DNA of 64,000 nucleotides from Alphaproteobacteria bacterium (GTDB lineage Bacteria; Pseudomonadota; Alphaproteobacteria; Bin95): NCBI GenBank assembly GCA_964291285.2, contig OZ219785.1, positions 1,088,001 to 1,152,000 of the forward strand, read 5' to 3'. Shown piece by piece: positions 61,910 to 64,000 of this stretch (position 1 is its first letter; each line of letters starts with the position of its first letter). The notes under the pieces were generated by a model. It saw only the letters and a program-made list of their open reading frames with translations, ran no database searches and was not told where the DNA came from. The position numbers and the translations under genes were made by a program.

Positions 61910-62101
61910 CTAATAGGGCGAAACGCCGCGCCGCTCGTCGGGCGGCTGCCACTGGCCGGTCAGGAGGCCGTTCCGCTTCGCGTCCTCATAACTCTCGATG
62001 TCCTCATGCCCGACGCGCGGGGAGCGCCAGTGCGCGTCCATGCCGGTCCATCCGACCTTGAACACCTGCCCGCATACGGGGCAGACCTTGTTGCCGCTCA
62101 T
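61910..62101 (-). CDS. Small C2H2-like zinc-finger protein
   Basis: CPVC...F...W.G.DAHW.....H; GGGAG RBS. Confidence 0.6.
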   Translation of the reverse strand: MSGNKVCPVCGQVFKVGWTGMDAHWRSPRVGHEDIESYEDAKRNGLLTGQWQPPDERRGVSPY

Positions 62102-62119
62102 GGTGCCGCTCCCGCGTCT

Positions 62120-62443
62120 CTACTCAATGTCGAACACCTCGACCACCTGTAGCTTGAACGCGATCATCTTCCCCCGATTCGCCGCGCCATAGAGAAGCTC
62201 GTTGTCGCCGCTCAGGAACAGGCAGTGAAGCGCGCTTTCCGTCGCCCGGAAGGTGTGCGCCGGAATGGCGAGACGGGGCGACATGAAGCCGGAAAGCGGC
62301 TCTCCTTTGGTGGCGACGGCCCGTGCGAGAAGCGCGAGGCACATGCGGCGGCTGTTACCGTCTTCAGCGGCCAGATAGCCAGGGACGGCCGCTGACAGCA
62401 TGACGGTAATGCAGGCGAGCGCCGCGAAGGTGCCGGGTCTCAT
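62120..62443 (-). CDS. Hypothetical exported protein
   Basis: Signal-peptide-like N-terminus, RBS. Confidence 0.45.
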   Translation of the reverse strand: MRPGTFAALACITVMLSAAVPGYLAAEDGNSRRMCLALLARAVATKGEPLSGFMSPRLAIPAHTFRATESALHCLFLSGDNELLYGAANRGKMIAFKLQVVEVFDIE

Positions 62444-62541
62444 GGGCTTCCCCTCCCGGTGTGGAGAGGCTACGCTAGGGAATGCGAGCCATTCTGGCAA
62501 GTATATAATTCCCTTTCCAAGCGGTAAAACAGGGCACTATC

Positions 62542-63147
62542 ATGCACAGAGCGTTCGTCGCCATCTCCACCATTTTTGTACTCGTCTGTTGCGGAGGTAG
62601 TAATGGTAGCGGGCCCTCCTCACCGTCCTCCATGGGACAGCAGTCGGCCACCGAACGCCTTACCGTCGAATACCCCGGCACGCGTTTATGGACCGTGACC
62701 TGCGGCCTTCCGCAGGCGGATAACCCATTTGCCAAGGCCGTGATGTCCGCTCTCGAAAGAGATATTCCTTGGCCTGAAAGCGCGTATGCCGTTGGCCATC
62801 TTCAGGCGAAAATGATCCAGAACCCTCATCCCGAAGGTGGCCTGAGTACTGAACTATGGTTGCTATCGCGCGGCGTCGGCTGGTGGAAGTTGAAGTCGAT
62901 CCGGGTTCATCCGGAGGATATTACAAAGGTGGAGAAGCTTGCGGACAAGATGGACATGCCAATGTCCGATGGTAATGTGAAAGATTTCATGTTCGGAAAT
63001 AGGATTCGGCAGATCATCGAGTCCCCGTTCCTGGCACGACCCGCCATTATAGTAGGCGGAACCGGCGAGGATTCGGTGAATGCGGAGATACTGGCTTTAC
63101 TACCGAATGCCCATCAACTTCGGTGTGTTCCGCAACCCAACGATTAG
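62542..63147 (+). CDS. Hypothetical lipoprotein-like protein
   Basis: Hydrophobic N-terminus ending in Cys, Ser/Gly linker. Confidence 0.55.
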   Translation: MHRAFVAISTIFVLVCCGGSNGSGPSSPSSMGQQSATERLTVEYPGTRLWTVTCGLPQADNPFAKAVMSALERDIPWPESAYAVGHLQAKMIQNPHPEGGLSTELWLLSRGVGWWKLKSIRVHPEDITKVEKLADKMDMPMSDGNVKDFMFGNRIRQIIESPFLARPAIIVGGTGEDSVNAEILALLPNAHQLRCVPQPND

Positions 63148-63716
63148 ATTCCATAAAATTCTATATTATCCATGGAAACCTTATAGGGTTGAATTGTCAC
63201 ATTTATCACAAGCCTAACTGCATCCTCCAATCGCTCTATTTCCGGGACAGGTTCCAGCAACATATCGGAGCTGACCGCTACGCCAGTTATCAAACTGTCA
63301 TCTTGTAACAAAACATAAAATGGGTTTGGTATAAGCTTTGATTTGTTTCCCTTCAACTCATTTGAATTCGCCATACGCAAAGCATCAAAAAGCGTCTTGA
63401 GACGATTGTCGATATCCGTCCGGATTTTCCCTGGCCGCCCATTGCGGAGCATCAGGATATCCAATGAACAAATCAACCCGTTGCATTCAGTAGCAATTGG
63501 TTTCCAATTATATCCATTGCAGGAAATGACTTCCCCCCATGTCGTCTCAGGAATCGGAATGGTTGGCGCCGAGGAGTGGCCACGACTCAAGAGTGGGTGT
63601 TCTTCCCAAAGCTTTTCAAGCTGCTTATGGAACTGCCATCGAATGTCATGCACATGTTCTGAGCGCCCTCCCTTGTGTGCGAGCAGTTTTCCCGCGTACG
63701 TCAGTCGGAATTTCAT
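63144..63716 (-). CDS. RusA-like nuclease-fold protein (AT-rich)
   Basis: DIDNRLKTLFDAL ... LLQDDSLI. Confidence 0.6.
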   Translation of the reverse strand: MKFRLTYAGKLLAHKGGRSEHVHDIRWQFHKQLEKLWEEHPLLSRGHSSAPTIPIPETTWGEVISCNGYNWKPIATECNGLICSLDILMLRNGRPGKIRTDIDNRLKTLFDALRMANSNELKGNKSKLIPNPFYVLLQDDSLITGVAVSSDMLLEPVPEIERLEDAVRLVINVTIQPYKVSMDNIEFYGI

Positions 63717-63902
63717 CTTACCACCTAACCGTGATTCGTGACTTCGGTATCCTGATATTGCCAATTCGATGCAATCATTCAAGAGTCTGCCGACACTTGG
63801 TTATTTTGAACACAGGGCTTGACGTGGATTGACCAGCTGGTCCCGTGGCTCCTGACACCCTGGCCGGTAACCCTGTTGCGAACGTATGGACGGCCCAACG
63901 TC

Positions 63903-64000
63903 CATTGCCGGGCGGGTCGGCCACCCCGTATCATGAAAACAGGTGCCGGCCGCGCGGGCGGGACTTCGGGCTTTTATGGGGTTGCCTACCGGTCACGATC
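63903..64000 (+). repeat. Third, inverted copy of the 206-bp unit (runs off window)
   Basis: Reverse complement of ~54985-55082 with about 3 mismatches. Confidence 0.92.

Noticed and set aside
61922-61934. ACGCCGCGCCGC as right end of the integrase element
   Set aside because: One base short of the predicted junction, inside a coding region, and not followed by the missing transposase half

Overview
GC-rich alphaproteobacterial chromosome segment (GcrA, SbmA, purM-purN/DUF2066-pgsA-AI-2E-hdaA synteny, soxBDAG). Positions 1-44.2 kb are mostly housekeeping and catabolic genes (leucine, carnitine, sarcosine, a DMSP-lyase-like cupin, cobalamin, purine). They are interrupted by a cluster of decayed toxin-antitoxin (TA) modules (11-13.3 kb), an IS1634 and a 763-bp insertion between cbiD and cobK. 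From about 44.4 kb the window is an accessory island with a MobC-like gene, two RTX proteins plus a type I secretion ABC/MFP pair, several IS remnants and a tandem pair of intact arm-domain tyrosine integrases. Main observation: the DNA upstream of the integrase pair (58184-58355) recurs, inverted, at the edge of the cbiD-cobK insertion together with the first ~14 codons of the integrase, and that insertion has a 10-bp duplicated junction. This points to a two-integrase mobile element family that inserts inside genes at a loose CC-N5-CGC site and decays into small TA-carrying cassettes. Also notable are a poly-C tract in the spacer of the RTX1 promoter (possible phase variation), a 206-bp promoter-plus-leader unit present three times, and an in-frame EpmA-VOC fusion. 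All family assignments come from motif recognition, not database searches.
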